DNA from: a phage
DNA: 64,000 bases
Sequence record: NC_094493.1
Strand: one strand, 5' to 3'
Numbering within the stretch: position 1 is the first letter of the stretch; every line of letters starts with the position of its first letter. Below the pieces are notes generated by a model. It was given only the letters and a program-made list of their open reading frames with translations, searched no databases and was not told the origin of the DNA. Shown piece by piece: positions 9,910 to 19,280 of this stretch. The position numbers and the translations under genes are program-made.

Positions 9910-11045
9910 ATTGCTCCAACATTTCTAAGAACGTTAACAAGTTTTGTTCGATCATTGAATGTTCGCTTCATATACAAACAGTCAAAAATTATACTCATCC
10001 ACTGACCTACGGAAATTCTACGATCAATACCATTGAAGTCAGTATACTTAACAACACCTTTCGGGAACCACTTCTTGTACTGATCAATAATAGCCGCCCA
10101 CATCTCCTTTGGAGTGCTGCACTGAGACAGTAGGTAGAATGCTGAGGCATCCCCGAACTTACCCTTACCGATAAGTCCTTGATACGGCTTGATGTTGTCA
10201 GCAGAGTCACCACACAGCATTTGGTATCCGAAGAACAGCATTCCGTAACCACCAACCTCTCCATTAGGCTTCATGAAGATGTTACCCATACCGTTATCGA
10301 TCAGCATAGGGGTTTCCCTTACAAAATCTCCCTTATCATTTCGCATGGGATCGAACACAAGCCCCGGTAGTGTTCTTTGGTCCTTATCAATAGAGATAAT
10401 AAACTTGTTGAACTTACCTGTTTTTTGGTAGTGGTTCCAACCTTCAAATTGCTGGATAGCTAACCAGTCGTCAGCCTCGATACCGTTGATCACTTGAGCA
10501 TTATACTGCTTTTGGAGATACTGTCTTGCATCTCCAAGCAGCAGTGGTCGAAGAGTATTGTTACGGTTGGCTTTATATCTTTCCGGCATTGGGAGATCTA
10601 GTCTGAAGTTACCTGTGCCTCCCAGCACCCCAACGCACCGATCTTCCGGAATACCGAGATAATTAAGGACTGCATTAGCTTTACACTTAATTGTGTGCAA
10701 GCAGTTCTCTACAGGATCTGGGGTTTGGATATCCAAGACATCGAAATCTTCTCGTGTCCACGGAATAAACTCCTTGCCAGCCTTTTTACATGCAGCTTCA
10801 CGGTTGGTATTCTCAGCTTTTAACCAACCACCAACGGTGTTCTTCTGCCGCCCCCAGAACTCTGTTCGTGTTTTAAACATCTTCTTACGTCCGGAGGCTT
10901 TGTGTGTTACCTCAATTGTCCTTTTTTCACAACTTGCTGCAGCTTGATATGCAACCTGATCGAAGTCATAATAAACTATAGCGTCAGGTTCAAGAAGATC
11001 AGCCAGACAATCTATGGACTCAATAAGCGGATATTCTCTACTCAA
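9906..11045 (-). CDS. 5'-3' exonuclease / flap endonuclease (T4 RNase H-like)
   Basis: YKANR and INGIEADDWLA match the T4 RNase H YKKNR / YEADD blocks. Confidence 0.55.
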   Translation of the reverse strand: MSREYPLIESIDCLADLLEPDAIVYYDFDQVAYQAAASCEKRTIEVTHKASGRKKMFKTRTEFWGRQKNTVGGWLKAENTNREAACKKAGKEFIPWTREDFDVLDIQTPDPVENCLHTIKCKANAVLNYLGIPEDRCVGVLGGTGNFRLDLPMPERYKANRNNTLRPLLLGDARQYLQKQYNAQVINGIEADDWLAIQQFEGWNHYQKTGKFNKFIISIDKDQRTLPGLVFDPMRNDKGDFVRETPMLIDNGMGNIFMKPNGEVGGYGMLFFGYQMLCGDSADNIKPYQGLIGKGKFGDASAFYLLSQCSTPKEMWAAIIDQYKKWFPKGVVKYTDFNGIDRRISVGQWMSIIFDCLYMKRTFNDRTKLVNVLRNVGAI

Positions 11046-11346
11046 AGACCCTCCTGTTAGTTATTCTGCAAGATGGTTGGATGCTGTAATGGAATGCATC
11101 ATCACTCTCTGCAATAAGTGACTCAACATCCCAATACTTTTCAAAAAGGAACGGATTAGACCCCCAGTGGTGGGTTATTTTCATCAAGGAGTCTGGTATC
11201 ATATAACCACAGATCTTAATTACATCGCCAGGTTGAATTGTGTTTTCATGAAGGTTGCTTGCCTTCTTCAGAATCATACCTTTATGATTCTCGTTTGCAT
11301 ACAACTGGACAATATCTTTATCTTCAATAATAAAAATTTTAAGCAT
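11038..11346 (-). CDS. Hypothetical protein (102 aa)
   Basis: ORF only. Confidence 0.3.
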   Translation of the reverse strand: MLKIFIIEDKDIVQLYANENHKGMILKKASNLHENTIQPGDVIKICGYMIPDSLMKITHHWGSNPFLFEKYWDVESLIAESDDAFHYSIQPSCRITNRRVFE

Positions 11347-11405
11347 ATCTAGTTCTCCTAGTTTATAGATATCTGACCGATAATATCAGATTAATAACAC
11401 TTTTG

Positions 11406-11699
11406 TCAAGACTTTTTAGTCTTTCTTGGAGAGCTTTTTGTTGATCTTTTCCTTTTGTGGTAGATTCCAAGTGCAGCGTTTTCTTGGGCGCACGTTTTAA
11501 CAGTTCTCAGACAAGAACTTTCAGCTTTAGGCAGGTTTAACTCCCACCAACCAAGCCAGTAAAGTTCTGATTCAGACAACTGCTCAGATTCAGCCTTCCG
11601 ATACAAGGCTTGCATACCTCTGATGATATCGTCCAGAGGTGTATCGAATACAAAAGCTGTCTTATCGAATTTCTCTTTTACAGGTTTCTTAGCCATCAA
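11406..11699 (-). CDS. Hypothetical protein with basic C-terminus (97 aa)
   Basis: ORF only. Confidence 0.3.
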   Translation of the reverse strand: MMAKKPVKEKFDKTAFVFDTPLDDIIRGMQALYRKAESEQLSESELYWLGWWELNLPKAESSCLRTVKTCAQENAALGIYHKRKRSTKSSPRKTKKS

Positions 11700-12153
11700 G
11701 GTAACCCTCTATCCACGAAAAGTCAGTCTTCCATTCTGGAACTTTACTAAGCTCACGCCACTCTGCAAAGCAGTCTCGGTAATAGGCCTCTGCCATACCC
11801 TTGGTGATCTTATTCACCTTAGCTAACTGACTAACTGCCTGAGCATACTTTCCACGGATATTTGCTAACCCAGGATGCACCGATGTGTGACAATCTGGGC
11901 ACAACGCTATCAGTCCGACAAGCCGGATCACTCCCTCTTCGAAAGTGTAAAGTTCATGACACTCCACTGGGTGTTTGCTGCCTTTACCGCCGCACACCTC
12001 ACAGGTGTAGTTGGCTTCTCTATAGCACTTCTTGCGGATCTTATCCCACTCACTCTTCTTCACAGCGTTTCGGAGGTTATTATACCAAGCTGTTTCTGGG
12101 ATCAGTTGCACAATAAGCCTGCGTTCAGACTTCATTAAACGTCCGTCTTCCAC
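11689..12153 (-). CDS. Zinc-binding HNH-like protein
   Basis: CEVCGG...ECHELY...LCPDCHTSVH Cys/His pattern. Confidence 0.35.
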   Translation of the reverse strand: MEDGRLMKSERRLIVQLIPETAWYNNLRNAVKKSEWDKIRKKCYREANYTCEVCGGKGSKHPVECHELYTFEEGVIRLVGLIALCPDCHTSVHPGLANIRGKYAQAVSQLAKVNKITKGMAEAYYRDCFAEWRELSKVPEWKTDFSWIEGYLDG

Positions 12154-12162
12154 GTATTCTCC

Positions 12163-12369
12163 TCACTCAAAGAAATGGGTGCGAGGACAAGATCCAGCCT
12201 CGCCTTGTTTCACAAGCTCGTAGAGCTCACCTTGACTTGTCTCATAAAGGCAAATACGTTTACCATTGTCCCGATATACATCGACAAGATACGCTGTTTC
12301 ACCTGCAAACACGACACCACAGGCCAGACATGCTGCCATGAACAAAATTGCCAACAGAAAGTCTTTCAT
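12163..12369 (-). CDS. Small secreted or membrane-anchored protein (68 aa)
   Basis: N-terminal hydrophobic signal-like segment LLAILFMAACLACGVVFA; sits just downstream of the endolysin. Confidence 0.35.
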   Translation of the reverse strand: MKDFLLAILFMAACLACGVVFAGETAYLVDVYRDNGKRICLYETSQGELYELVKQGEAGSCPRTHFFE

Positions 12370-12432
12370 GGTTAAACCCTCCTAAACATTTTATGAGGTA
12401 ACAATACCACGTCCGTGTGGTTATGTCAATGA

Positions 12433-12903
12433 TCAATCAAGGACAACACCGCCTGCCTTTTTAAACACCTCGATCAACTTCTCAATCTTCTGTTCATGCT
12501 GACCATATCCAGCACCAGGCAACGAAGCCCAGCGGGAACGGCATTTATGGATAGCCTCGTGGATACGCCCTTCGTCAATGTCGGCGAGAGCCTTGCACTC
12601 ACGGATCAGTTGCAACGCAATCTTGTCCTGACTGGCAGGGCCAAAATCTGGCAATCCTAACTGTTCCATGTAGTGTTTAGCAAACTTCTCCAAAACCTGG
12701 TAACGCCCAGCAGCGGAGGAGGTAAGTTTAGCATTTAGCTTAACGTAAACACCGGGATGCTTGCTGTAATCGCTGAACAGCTTGCCTCCGACTATGACAT
12801 CGTATCCCCGATCCTTGGTAGGTTGTCTACCATTATCTGTGCCTTCCGAATATGCGATCATATCCAAGAAAGCCTTTCGTTGAACATTTTTATCAAGTTT
12901 CAT
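12433..12903 (-). CDS. Endolysin, lambda R-type lytic transglycosylase
   Basis: Near end-to-end resemblance to lambda R as recalled: QRKAFLDMIAYSEGTDNGRQ, GYDVIVGG, AGRYQ, WASLPGAGYGQ. Confidence 0.85.
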   Translation of the reverse strand: MKLDKNVQRKAFLDMIAYSEGTDNGRQPTKDRGYDVIVGGKLFSDYSKHPGVYVKLNAKLTSSAAGRYQVLEKFAKHYMEQLGLPDFGPASQDKIALQLIRECKALADIDEGRIHEAIHKCRSRWASLPGAGYGQHEQKIEKLIEVFKKAGGVVLD

Positions 12904-13045
12904 TTTTCATACTCTCCAGTTCACTCATAACGAGCCCCGATCAGCACCACTGTGTGGTGTGGCTAGGTTGCACAGTTCATACATCAGGGCATATGTAGGT
13001 GCAAATTGAAAACACTTATTCAATTGGCTACTAAACATACCTAAA

Positions 13046-14329
13046 TTATTCCAGCACCTCCCAAGTGTCTGGGTTAACATTTCGGACGCAGATACCGACA
13101 GGGAATTGGTAGTTGTTGTCTTCTGTCCTTGCTTGATATTTGAAGGTGACAAACTTGCCGATCATTTCCTGCATTCTGTCATAGCTACGCTCCTCGTGCG
13201 TACCTTTCATCTTCATTTTAACAACAATACCTTCCTTGTCAACACAGATAAGAACACCTTCATCATTCTTATCTTTCTCAACGTCAATAACTTTCACCTC
13301 TGCGTCGTTGAACTTTTTCCATTTCAATGCTTCAGATGTTCTCTGACCGTACTCATATTTACCACAGAAGTTACGCATAATGGTACCTTCATATCCTTCG
13401 GACATGAATATACCAACAGATTCTTCGCAATGATCAACTGTGTACGCAAGCTCTGCGTCAACAACCTTGATATGGTCAAGCATCAGAGTGGTAACGGTAT
13501 CCTCTGCATCCATAAGATCCTTGCAGCGTCCAGACTCTGTTTCGGGATCCCACCACACCTTGTCGCTAGGAATATCAAAAATGTGATACTCCAGATCGTA
13601 GCTACAGTACCCACCGTAACGCAAATCATCACGAACAGGCTCAACATCGACAGGAATATCTACCTTGTTGAAGTTTTTATATGTTGATAAGCCGGACTTA
13701 ATTGCGGCATGACGGCGTTTTTTATCTGCCTCATAGTCTTTATCGATCTCGGCCTGAATCTCTTCCTGTGTGCGCCACCGTTTAGCAAGAGACACTATTT
13801 TCTGCAAAGGAAGACCATGAATGTATAGTTCCCCATCAAGTTGTTTAATCCCAGTGGTAGAATGGAAAGAACGAAGTTGCTCTAAAAGCTTTCCTTGAAT
13901 AGGGTAGGACTTATTACCACGGGAAATAAATTTAGGCTCACCATTTTGGAAAACAACAAGCAGACGAAGGCCATCTAACTTACGCAAGATCCAGCAAGGT
14001 AGTTTAAGTGCCTTGCCACGCTTCAGGTAGTCATGCACCAGCATGGGTAAAAGATCAACACCCTGCTCGCAATCTTCCATGTTTTCAACATACCCCAGAC
14101 GGACTTGTTTTTCCCACTTGCTGATAGCCTCAAGCTCGGCCTGTTGCTCAGCTGTAGTCTCATTGGCACGACCTACGTTCTTAGGTGTGCATACCGTCTC
14201 TTTGTACTGCAATTTACCGTCAAGCTTGCCAAACTCTACGATAACCTTTTCGCCATCAGTGAATACTTTCCACTGTTGGTAGCTGCCATCTTTGTTCAGT
14301 GCGTACAGTGTTGTTTTGATTTGATGCAT
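13046..14329 (-). CDS. ATP-dependent DNA ligase
   Basis: Motif I LRKLDGLR (KxDG) and EG-containing motif IV-like segment. Confidence 0.7.
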   Translation of the reverse strand: MHQIKTTLYALNKDGSYQQWKVFTDGEKVIVEFGKLDGKLQYKETVCTPKNVGRANETTAEQQAELEAISKWEKQVRLGYVENMEDCEQGVDLLPMLVHDYLKRGKALKLPCWILRKLDGLRLLVVFQNGEPKFISRGNKSYPIQGKLLEQLRSFHSTTGIKQLDGELYIHGLPLQKIVSLAKRWRTQEEIQAEIDKDYEADKKRRHAAIKSGLSTYKNFNKVDIPVDVEPVRDDLRYGGYCSYDLEYHIFDIPSDKVWWDPETESGRCKDLMDAEDTVTTLMLDHIKVVDAELAYTVDHCEESVGIFMSEGYEGTIMRNFCGKYEYGQRTSEALKWKKFNDAEVKVIDVEKDKNDEGVLICVDKEGIVVKMKMKGTHEERSYDRMQEMIGKFVTFKYQARTEDNNYQFPVGICVRNVNPDTWEVLE

Positions 14330-14598
14330 TACTCGGCCTCTTCCTTAAAAATTTTAAACATCTCTTCTTTACTCATTACCAACCAGTCTCCCATAAAGTC
14401 AACTAGCCAATCTCCCTGGTACAAGACAAGGTTACCAAAAGGCTCGACAAGCTCACACATGCGACGAAGATCTCTGGTCCGAACAGGTGACGATGTAAAC
14501 ACACCTGTATCAATCCACCGTTGCAGATCAGATACTGATGAAGAGCTTCCGTCAAACTGGTGGGCTTCTACAGGTTTAGCAAGATTAAATAACGGCAT
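14329..14598 (-). CDS. Hypothetical protein (89 aa)
   Basis: ORF only. Confidence 0.3.
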   Translation of the reverse strand: MPLFNLAKPVEAHQFDGSSSSVSDLQRWIDTGVFTSSPVRTRDLRRMCELVEPFGNLVLYQGDWLVDFMGDWLVMSKEEMFKIFKEEAE

Positions 14599-14893
14599 TG
14601 CAGTCCTCCTTCTGTAGTAGGTCTTTTATAGGATAAACAAGTAAGTGTGGATCGGAATAACGTATAGTCTTATTCTGCCACACTATGAACTTTATTACAA
14701 CCAAATTTACAATATCTTTATCACCATGTAGCCCAACACACACATTTGTCCATATTTTGTGGTTGAAGATCTTGCTATCGATGTAGATTTTAGTGTCAAA
14801 CTTATCTTCCATTCTACCTATAAGTTTGATCAGCTCCTTCATCTGGTCGCCAAACACAGCATCTTTTTCAAGATCTCTGGAATGCTTGTACAT
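14585..14893 (-). CDS. Hypothetical protein (102 aa)
   Basis: ORF only. Confidence 0.3.
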   Translation of the reverse strand: MYKHSRDLEKDAVFGDQMKELIKLIGRMEDKFDTKIYIDSKIFNHKIWTNVCVGLHGDKDIVNLVVIKFIVWQNKTIRYSDPHLLVYPIKDLLQKEDCNAVI

Positions 14894-14955
14894 AACTAAC
14901 TACCTCGCTGCATACTTTCCATAATAAGTAAAGCCGGGATTACCCGGCTATGTTG

Positions 14956-15669
14956 TCAAATATACTCTGTTACATCCTTGAAGCTCGAAGGCTTCATGAT
15001 CTTACCTTTACTGTCAAGGAATATGATAACTTTATTACCGTTGTAGAATTCTTCCTTAGCAACAAAACCTTCATATCGACCATCAAAGCGTCGCTCAAGA
15101 TCTTTAATCTCCAACTCGATGAGTTGTTCAGCAGGCATATCTGCACTGGCACCGTGTGAATACCGTAGATGGTTGACCCGTGCAAACTTGCTGTCATTCG
15201 ATTTGAGAACCTTACGCATCATCCCGCACACATCGCCGCGAAGCTGGAACAGCAAAGCTGTTGACAACTCTGCTAAGCGGTAAGCAGACGCTCTTTGCTT
15301 AGAGGTGTTTTTCGCAGCGATCAGTGTATCATAGAACTCACCAATCTTGAACTTAATACCTCGTGGATTATCAAACAGGTTTGACCACTTTTCGTGATTG
15401 TCATTAACAAGATAAGCGGCATAACTTGTGACAACATGAAGATCGCAGGCCTCTTTTAGCAAGTGATCTCCACCATCACCTTTCTCCAGCTCTTCCAAAA
15501 CTTCATTGAACTCTTCCTCAATGAAGCTAAGCTGTAATTCGAATGGTGTGTATGATTTTTTCACCTTAGCTGCCACACGGTTCCAGTTTTCCACCCAGTT
15601 GGCAGACCAAAGGTAGTTTTCAGGCTGAGACAGTTTTTCCAGGTTGTCGATCAGTTTAGTATTCAGCAT
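14956..15669 (-). CDS. Hypothetical protein, possibly MazG-like all-alpha NTP pyrophosphatase
   Basis: EEEFNEVLEELEKGD...EACDL resembles the MazG EExxE/D motif; weak. Confidence 0.3.
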   Translation of the reverse strand: MLNTKLIDNLEKLSQPENYLWSANWVENWNRVAAKVKKSYTPFELQLSFIEEEFNEVLEELEKGDGGDHLLKEACDLHVVTSYAAYLVNDNHEKWSNLFDNPRGIKFKIGEFYDTLIAAKNTSKQRASAYRLAELSTALLFQLRGDVCGMMRKVLKSNDSKFARVNHLRYSHGASADMPAEQLIELEIKDLERRFDGRYEGFVAKEEFYNGNKVIIFLDSKGKIMKPSSFKDVTEYI

Positions 15670-15682
15670 TAAAGGTCTCCTT

Positions 15683-16444
15683 TTAAAGTTCCATAAAGTT
15701 TTCTACAGTTTCAATAAATACTTTATCAGAGAAAGCGTCAACAGCACCGTTAAACCATACAGGGATCCCGCGATCCTCATATTGATAAAGGTCGCTACGT
15801 GAAATGCCACTTCCATCTGCACTCTGCGAATCATACTTGTTTACAATCAGCAGTTTTGTGCCTTTACAAGTAGCAGGAAACAATTCCCAGTTAAAATTAA
15901 TAACTGTGTTAGAACAACCTACCAGGATAACCATATCATTGCTTGTGAGAGATGTCAACAGGTCATACATGTCTGTATACTTAGGAGCAACCTCACCGAA
16001 GAACACTACATTGGGCTTAACCCAGGTATACTTACCTGTATCTACCTCCGTGTATCCGATATTTTTAATTACATCATTACCTTCAGCATCTTCGTAGGTG
16101 ATTTCAGGCAAATACCCGTGGACATGTAAAATATCTTCATGTTTTACACCAGCACGCTCCAGCAAATCATCTACATTGGTGGTAAGGTTGATCACACGAC
16201 CAGACCAGCGGGAATACCACTCAGCGATCCGAAGATGTGCAAGGTTAGGATCAACACTGCCCAGAGCTACACGACGTGCATTGTAAAAGTCATGCACCTT
16301 ATAGTAGTTCTTGGCAAAGGTGTGGATGTTGCACACCTCATCTATGCTGAAATTCTCCCACATTGCAGTACTACCAGATCGGAAAGTGGGAATACCAGAT
16401 TCAGCGCTCAAACCAGCACCGGAGATAATAATCAGTCGTCGCAT
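15683..16444 (-). CDS. Sir2-family (sirtuin) NAD-dependent enzyme lacking the zinc ribbon
   Basis: GAGLSAESGIPTFR, TTNVDDL, catalytic-His-like HVHG and PNVVFFGE motifs; no CxxC...CxxC between the HG and VVFFGE motifs. Confidence 0.75.
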   Translation of the reverse strand: MRRLIIISGAGLSAESGIPTFRSGSTAMWENFSIDEVCNIHTFAKNYYKVHDFYNARRVALGSVDPNLAHLRIAEWYSRWSGRVINLTTNVDDLLERAGVKHEDILHVHGYLPEITYEDAEGNDVIKNIGYTEVDTGKYTWVKPNVVFFGEVAPKYTDMYDLLTSLTSNDMVILVGCSNTVINFNWELFPATCKGTKLLIVNKYDSQSADGSGISRSDLYQYEDRGIPVWFNGAVDAFSDKVFIETVENFMEL

Positions 16445-16452
16445 AAGTGCCC

Positions 16453-16803
16453 TCAGTAGATGTTTTGTTTAATCTCTATTCCAAACTTTTTAAACGAGTC
16501 AGCTGCAAGCATGAATTTACGAGCCGCTGATGGATTAGAAGTATGTACGAAAATCTTCACGTTGTCAACCACGGGAGGCTTACCGAATACAAATTTTTCC
16601 TCCAACATGGATAGGCAATCGTATCCTTCGAATACTTCTCCTAGGTCGTTGTCCATATGCCACTCAGAAACGCGTCTGTAGAGCTTTCCCTTATCGTTAA
16701 TAAAATCCATAAACTCGGAGGAATTCTTCAGCCAAACAGCGTCTGGGAGCCCGTAATTTGACGGATCTCTTAAGTCATCTAGCCACACAATCAACTTCTT
16801 CAT
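16453..16803 (-). CDS. Hypothetical protein (116 aa), translationally coupled to the RNA ligase gene
   Basis: Start overlaps the ligase stop (ATGA); 9-nt gap to the Sir2 gene. Confidence 0.35.
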   Translation of the reverse strand: MKKLIVWLDDLRDPSNYGLPDAVWLKNSSEFMDFINDKGKLYRRVSEWHMDNDLGEVFEGYDCLSMLEEKFVFGKPPVVDNVKIFVHTSNPSAARKFMLAADSFKKFGIEIKQNIY

Positions 16804-17735
16804 TGCATATAGTTCTCGTTGTGGAAATAGTAATCAAGTATCTCACGGCGTTCCTGCTCCAGGAGGCAGTTCCACACATCCTCTGTGTAATTGCTACGAA
16901 TGAAGTTTACCATGCCGTAAAACTCTTCGTCAACACGTTTAAAGATATCATCATCCCAAATCTTCCAAGCTTTACCCCTCATTACGGCCTTCCGTGCCAG
17001 ATAGTATGGAGACTTGATCTTCAGCTGCAGATCATAAGGGTAGTAAGGCTTACGAATCATATACCCTTCACCTCTTGTTTCTGCAGCTAATTCTTTTGCA
17101 TAGCTGAACGGAATTTCACGCACAGTGTGAGGACGTTTTGCACCAAGGTATTTGGCAATCCCATCTAAAGCTGCTTCTGGTAGCATTATTCCAGAATCAT
17201 TATATCTGCAACCTATCAAATATGCGCCATGATCTTCCTGAACAATATGCGGATCTGAAGGGTGACAAATTTCAAACATGAATGTCATGTTTTCATTGCC
17301 CATAACCTTCTTGATAAGATCTAAATTACCACATTGCTCTTGGATGGTTTCCTTTGCAAGGTTACAATATGGAGAATCAAGAGACCCGGTTGTTGAGAAC
17401 AATAGTTCACCTTTATGAGATGATACCACACCGAGGAATCCGTTCTTTTTCTCTACCGCAGTAACAAGTTTACTGTCCGGTAGGTTGGTGGAGTTTTCTC
17501 CTAAGTTGAATACTTTTGTGAAAGGCCATGCCACAACATTCCCCTCATTGCCAACAACAATACCTCGGCACTCCAGTAAACGCGGAGACAAATGCCACAG
17601 ATTGTTGTAGAATACTTTTCTGGCATATTTATAGATCTTTAATCCAAGATCTGGATAATACCGACTGGTTACAAGACCTTTGTCTACTAGGTCATCTGCA
17701 TTAAAATACTTCATCATACGTTCCTCATTTGTCAT
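16800..17735 (-). CDS. ATP-dependent polynucleotide (probably RNA) ligase
   Basis: Motif I-like VEKKNGF (KxNG), motif IV-like EGYMIRK and KIK motif V-like segment. Confidence 0.5.
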   Translation of the reverse strand: MTNEERMMKYFNADDLVDKGLVTSRYYPDLGLKIYKYARKVFYNNLWHLSPRLLECRGIVVGNEGNVVAWPFTKVFNLGENSTNLPDSKLVTAVEKKNGFLGVVSSHKGELLFSTTGSLDSPYCNLAKETIQEQCGNLDLIKKVMGNENMTFMFEICHPSDPHIVQEDHGAYLIGCRYNDSGIMLPEAALDGIAKYLGAKRPHTVREIPFSYAKELAAETRGEGYMIRKPYYPYDLQLKIKSPYYLARKAVMRGKAWKIWDDDIFKRVDEEFYGMVNFIRSNYTEDVWNCLLEQERREILDYYFHNENYMQ

Positions 17736-17778
17736 TTTGTCAGTCTATCCTGCCACACAAATAACCTAGTGTCAACAC

Positions 17779-17807
17779 TTGAAATTAACAAAACAGTTAG
17801 GTATACT
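17779..17807 (+). promoter_or_regulatory. Sigma70-type promoter (TTGAAA, 17 bp, TATACT)
   Basis: Read directly from sequence upstream of the kinase gene. Confidence 0.4.
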
Positions 17808-17835
17808 ATCATTAAAATTAAAACGGAGGGTTGCT

Positions 17836-18246
17836 ATGTCTAAAATGCTATATATCGTGCGTGGTCTGCCAGGGTCTGGCAAATCAACACTGGCAAATGC
17901 GCTATCTTTAGAAGGTCTGTATCCACATTTTGAGAACGACATGTTCTGGTATGACGATGACGGCAATTACAACTGGGATGCAAGTAAAGTAACACTCGCA
18001 GCAAAATGGTGCAAAGATAACGTAGAAGATATGATGCGTATGGGATACGACCGTATCGTGGTAAGTAATACGTTTACAAAAGAAAAACATGTGCAGGAAT
18101 ATGTTGACATGGCAATCAGTCACGGGTATAGTTATACCGTGATCGTGGTTGAAAACCGCCACGGTAATAAAAGCATTCATGATGTTCCAGACAAGGTTGT
18201 GGATCGTATGGAACGCCAGCTTAAAAACTGCATTAAACTTAAATGA
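17836..18246 (+). CDS. Polynucleotide kinase-like P-loop kinase
   Basis: Start moved to ATG after GGAGGG RBS; Walker A GLPGSGKST as in T4 Pnk kinase domain. Confidence 0.55.
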   Translation: MSKMLYIVRGLPGSGKSTLANALSLEGLYPHFENDMFWYDDDGNYNWDASKVTLAAKWCKDNVEDMMRMGYDRIVVSNTFTKEKHVQEYVDMAISHGYSYTVIVVENRHGNKSIHDVPDKVVDRMERQLKNCIKLK

Positions 18247-18253
18247 GGAATGT

Positions 18254-18808
18254 ATGAAATACTTTGTAACAAGCGACACACACTTTCTCCACCAGCGGGT
18301 CATGGAGTTTGATTCATGTCAAAAACACAGATCTCAGTATGATCACAATCTTGACAGTATGAATGCGGGAATCATCACCAAGTGGAACTCTGTTGTGTCA
18401 CCTGCAGACACTGTGTTTCACTTGGGAGATATTGCGTGCACTAATGATAAGAATATCAACAAATTGCTCCCAGATGTTCTAAATATGTTGAACGGACATA
18501 TTATTCTTGTTCGTGGTAACCATGACACAAGGACGACTGTCAGAATTATGAAAGAGTTCGGTCATGAGGTTGTAGATTATTACGAGCTTCGCCACAACAA
18601 GAATTTGATCTGTATGAGCCATTACCAGTTTGCAAAGTGGAACAGAAAGCCTCACGGATCAGTCCAACTGTTCGGTCATGCTCACGGAACCACACAGCAG
18701 TTGTTTGGCAGGCAGTTTGATGTCGGTTGGGATGTGTGGGGGAGACTCTTACCATTAGAAGAGGCATACCGTATTGCAATGAGTCTTGCTATTGACAGCG
18801 GGGAGTAA
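18254..18808 (+). CDS. Calcineurin-like metallophosphoesterase
   Basis: Start moved to ATG (MKYFVTSDTHF); SDTHF, GDI and GNHD motifs. Confidence 0.6.
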   Translation: MKYFVTSDTHFLHQRVMEFDSCQKHRSQYDHNLDSMNAGIITKWNSVVSPADTVFHLGDIACTNDKNINKLLPDVLNMLNGHIILVRGNHDTRTTVRIMKEFGHEVVDYYELRHNKNLICMSHYQFAKWNRKPHGSVQLFGHAHGTTQQLFGRQFDVGWDVWGRLLPLEEAYRIAMSLAIDSGE

Positions 18809-18855
18809 TCCCTGCTATTTTAAAGAAAATTGCCACACAAGGAGAATCAGGAGAT

Positions 18856-19206
18856 ATGAAAGATGGGGATAAGCTGCTATATCTTAAAGTCCCCCTTGAA
18901 ATACTGTCTATGTCAAAAGTTTTGAATGACACAACTGGGGAGGTTGTTGTTCTTGACTTATATGACAAGATCGTATACTGCTACCTGCACAACTGGTATA
19001 AGCTTGGAGGAAATTCACGCTTCACACCCAGCACAAGGAAAATTGCAGCAGATGTTGGGATAAAGAAAACAAAAGCAGCAGCGTGCGTTAAAACTTTAGA
19101 ATGTGCAGGAGTGGTTGAAATATCCACACAAGGGAGAGGTAAAAGATGTACATTTTCCAAAGTTTTGCCACCAGAAGAGGTTATTCGAATGTCAACAACT
19201 GGTTAG
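18856..19206 (+). CDS. Putative HTH DNA-binding protein
   Basis: PSTRKIAADVGIKKTKAAACVKTLECAGVVEI helix-turn-helix-like segment; directly upstream of the repeat array. Confidence 0.4.
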   Translation: MKDGDKLLYLKVPLEILSMSKVLNDTTGEVVVLDLYDKIVYCYLHNWYKLGGNSRFTPSTRKIAADVGIKKTKAAACVKTLECAGVVEISTQGRGKRCTFSKVLPPEEVIRMSTTG

Positions 19207-19280
19207 ACCAGTAAAAACTTAAATATCTGTACTATAAGGATTCGTATGTTTTATGTTCGCTCTGGAACAGAGGTCAGTAA

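Noticed and set aside
232-17735. Many short opposite-strand ORFs from the six-frame track overlapping the large genes
   Set aside because: They lie antisense to or nested within well-supported genes, lack RBSs and have biased composition; treated as shadow ORFs
17779-17835. N-terminal extension of the kinase ORF (track start at 17779)
   Set aside because: The extension overlaps the promoter and has no RBS; the internal ATG at 17836 follows a GGAGGG RBS. The same reasoning moved the starts at 2774, 18254, 21309, 22603, 27911, 29753, 31753, 32427, 41078, 52588 and 53139
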